NCBI RefSeq assembly: GCF_006345805.1
Contig: NW_021836463.1
Coordinates: 1-23,781 of the forward strand
Length of the DNA: 23,781 nucleotides
Source of the DNA: Octopus sinensis
Taxonomy: Eukaryota
Direction: 5' to 3'
Positions 20,397 to 23,781 of this stretch are shown in pieces. Both the position numbers and the translations under genes were made by a program. Below the pieces are notes generated by a model, which made no database searches, was not told the origin of the DNA, and saw only the letters and a list, made by a program, of their open reading frames with translations. How positions within the stretch are numbered: the first letter of the stretch is position 1; every line of letters begins with the position of its first letter.

Positions 20397-23230
20397 AGCG
20401 GTTCGCGAAAGGGGTTCGATAAAATAATTTAGCGGTTCGACAAACGACATCGTTAGAATAACTTAGCGGTTCGCCAATCGTGATCGATAAAATAACTTAG
20501 CGGTTCGCCAAAGATTATCGATAAAATAACTTAGCGCTTCGCCAAAGGTTATCGATAAAAAAACCTAGCGTTTCGACAAAGGTTATCGATAAAATAACCT
20601 AGCGGTTCCACAAAGATTATCGATTAAATAAATTAGCGGTTCGACAGAGGTGATCGGTAAAATAACTTACCGTTTCGACAAAAGTAATCGATAAAATAAC
20701 TTAGCGGTTCGATAAAGATGATCGATAAAATAAATTAGCGGTTCGCCGAAGATAAACGACAAAAGAACTTAGCGGTACACCTAAATCGATCGATAAAAAC
20801 GATAGAGGTTCGCAGAAAAAATATCGATAAAATAACTTAGCGGTTCGCCAAAGATGATCAATAAAATAACGTAGCGGTTCGCCAAAGACAAACGATAAAA
20901 TAACTTTGCGGTACGCCAAAAATGATCGATGAAATAACTTAGCGGTTCACCAAAAGTGATCGATAAAATAAACTAGCGGTTAGCCAAATGTGATCGATAA
21001 AATAACTTAGAGGTTCGCGAATCGTGATCGATAAAATAACTTAGAGGTTCGCGAATCGTGATCGATAAAATAACTTAGCGGTTCGCCAAAGTATTAAATA
21101 ACTTATCGATTAGCATTTCGTCAAAGGCGATCGGTAGAATAACTTAGCGGTTCGCCAAAGATAAACGATAAAAGAACTTAGCGGTTCGACAAAGATAATC
21201 GATAAAATAACTTAGCGGTTCGATAAACATGATCGATAAAATACATTAGCGGTTCGCCAAAGATAAACGATAAAATAACTTAGCGGTACGCCAAAAACGA
21301 TCGATAAAATAACTTGGCGGTTCGCCAAAGATAAACGAAAAATACTAGCGGTACGCCAAAAACGATCGTAAAAACTAACTTAGCGGTTCGCCAAAGATGG
21401 TCGATAAAAAACTTAGCGGTTCCACAAAGATAATCGATAAAATAAGTTAGCGGTTCGATAAAGATGTCGATAAAATAACTTAGCGGTTCGCCAAAGACAA
21501 ACGATAAAAGAACTTAGCGGTTCGACAAAGATAATCGATAAAATAACTTAGCGGTTCGATAAACATGATCGATAAAATACATTAGCGGTTCGCCAAAGAT
21601 AAACGATAAAATAACTTAGCGGTACGCCAAAAACGATCGATAAAATAACTTAGCGGTTCGCCAAAGATAAACGATAAAATAACTTAGCGGTACGCCAAAA
21701 ACGATCGATAAAATAACTTAGCGGTTCGCCAAAGATGGTCGATAAAATAACTTAGCGGTTCCACAAAGATAATCGATAAAATAAGTTAGCGGTTCGATAA
21801 AGATGTCGATAAAATAACTTAGCGGTTCGCCAAAGACAAACGATAAAATAACTTAGCGACACGCCAAAAACTATCGATTAAATAACGTAGAGTTTCGCCA
21901 AAAGATATCGATAAAATAAACTAGCGGTTCGCCAAATATGATCAATAAAATAACTTAGAGGTTCGCGAATCATGCTCGATAAAATAACTTAGCGGTTCGC
22001 CAAAGGCTATCGATAACTTAGCGCTTCGCCAAAGGTGATCGGTAAAATAACTTAGCGGTTCGCCAAAGATGATCGATAAAATAACTTAGCGGTTCGACAA
22101 AGGTGATCGATAAAATAACCTAGCGGTTCGATAATGATGATCGATAAAATAACGTAGCGGTTCGCCAAAGGTGATCGGTAAAATAACGTAGAGGTTCGCG
22201 AATCGTGGTCGATAAAATAACTTAGGGGTTCGACAAAGGTGATCGATAAAATAACATAGCGGTTCGATAATGATGATCGATAAAATAATGTAGCGGTTCG
22301 CCAAGATAAACGATAAAATAAATTAGCGGTACGCCAAAAACTATCGATGAAATAACTTAGCGGTTCGCCATGATTATCAATAAAATAAATTAGCGTTCGC
22401 CAAAGGCGGTTGATAAAATAACTTAGCGGTTCGCCAAAAGGTGACCGATAAAATAACCTTGCGTTTCGCCAAAAACGATCGATAAAATAACTTAGCGGTT
22501 CGCCAAAAGTATCGATAAAATAACTTAGCGGTTCGATAAAGATGATCGATAAAATAAATTAGCGGTATGCCAAAAACGATCGATGAAATAACTTAGCGAT
22601 TCCACAAACAACTGAGCGGTTTGCCAAATGTGATCGATAAAATATCTTAGAGGTTCGCGAATTGCGATCGATAAAATAACTTAGCGGTTCGCGAAAGGCA
22701 ATCGATAAAATAACATAGCGCTTCGCCAAAGGTGATCGGTAAAATAACTTAGCGGTTCGACAAAGTTAATCGATAAAATAACTTAGCGGTTCGACAAAGG
22801 TGATCGATAATATAACCTAGCGGTTCGCCAAAGATGATCGATAAAATAACTTAGCGGAACGCCAAAAACGACCGATGAAAAAGCCTATCGGTTCACCAAA
22901 ACAAATCAATAAAATAACCTAGCGGTTCGCCAAAGATGTTCGATAAAATAAATTAGCGGTACGCCAAAAACGATCGATAAGTACACTAGCGGTTCGCCAA
23001 AAGAGATCGATATAATAACTTAGCGGTTCGCAAAATGTGATCGATAAAATGACTTAGAGGTTTGCGAATCGTGATCGATAAAATAACTTAGCGGTTCGCC
23101 AATGGCGATCGATAAAATAACCTAGCGGTTCGCCAAATATGATCGATAAAATAAATTAGCTGTTCGCCAAAGGTGTTCGGTAAAATAACCTAGCGGTTCG
23201 CCAAAGATATTCGATAAAATAACTTGGCGG
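20397..23230 (+). repeat. 34-bp tandem satellite, ~83 monomers, consensus TAACTTAGCGGTTCGCCAAAGATGATCGATAAAA
   Basis: Direct; head-to-tail diverged monomers with no spacers. Confidence 0.97.
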
Positions 23231-23232
23231 TA

Positions 23233-23560
23233 CGCTAAGTTATTGTATCGATCTTCTATGGCAAAGCGCTATGTTACTTTATCGATCACCCATGGCGAAA
23301 CGCTAAGTTATATTATCGATATCCTCTGGCGAACCGCTATATTATTTTACCGACCTCCTTTGACAAACTGCTAAGTTATTTTATCGATATCGCTTTGCGA
23401 ACCGCTAAGTTATTGTATCGATCTTCTATGGCAAAGCGCCATGTTACTTTATCGGACACCTTTGACGAACCGCTATGTTATTTAATCGACATCCTCTGGC
23501 GAACCGCTATATTATTTTACCGACCTTCCTTGACGAACTGCTAAGTTATTTTATCGATCA
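23233..23560 (-). repeat. Same 34-bp satellite, inverted block of ~9-10 monomers
   Basis: cgctaagttattttatcgat... is the reverse complement of the monomer. Confidence 0.95.
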
Positions 23561-23781
23561 CGTCGACTCCAGCTGTTTTTGAAAAAGAAATAAGGAGGCA
23601 ACGTGATAGATTATTCTCCATCTACGACAACGAAAGTATTTCGTTTCGGAATTTTTCTGTCCATTATTGTACTTTAAATTCTTTTTCCCGTAAATAACAG
23701 ACTTTTTGCACATATCTTACCTTTTTACGAAACTTTTTACTGTCTCTGTTTACAACAGACAGAGTCAATCTAGTAATTTTC

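Noticed and set aside
20397-23560. CRISPR-like array (repeat length ~34 bp with an internal hairpin)
   Set aside because: Monomers are contiguous with no unique spacers, there are no cas genes, and the context is eukaryotic.

Overview
AT-rich, repeat-dominated non-genic eukaryotic DNA, most likely from an octopus (cephalopod) genome. This assignment is inferred from my recollection of the SINE families and the extreme (TA)n/(TATG)n load. No host protein-coding gene can be supported. The window contains: a 5'-truncated Penelope-like retroelement (GIY-YIG endonuclease end) framed by a 254-bp inverted repeat; a young 5'-truncated CR1-type LINE (end of APE plus complete RT, one frameshift); two R4/Dong-like REL-endonuclease LINE remnants; at least three SINE families, some as dimers or trimers; two back-to-back non-autonomous Helitrons; a fold-back MITE; a 395-bp near-perfect palindrome; long microsatellites; and a ~3.2-kb 34-bp satellite. 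The most notable observations are that the satellite monomer matches a 34-nt segment of a SINE found in this same window, that the array has higher-order repeats and a fold-back inversion, that the palindrome is centred on the Penelope terminus, and that the SINE multimers share one fixed junction.
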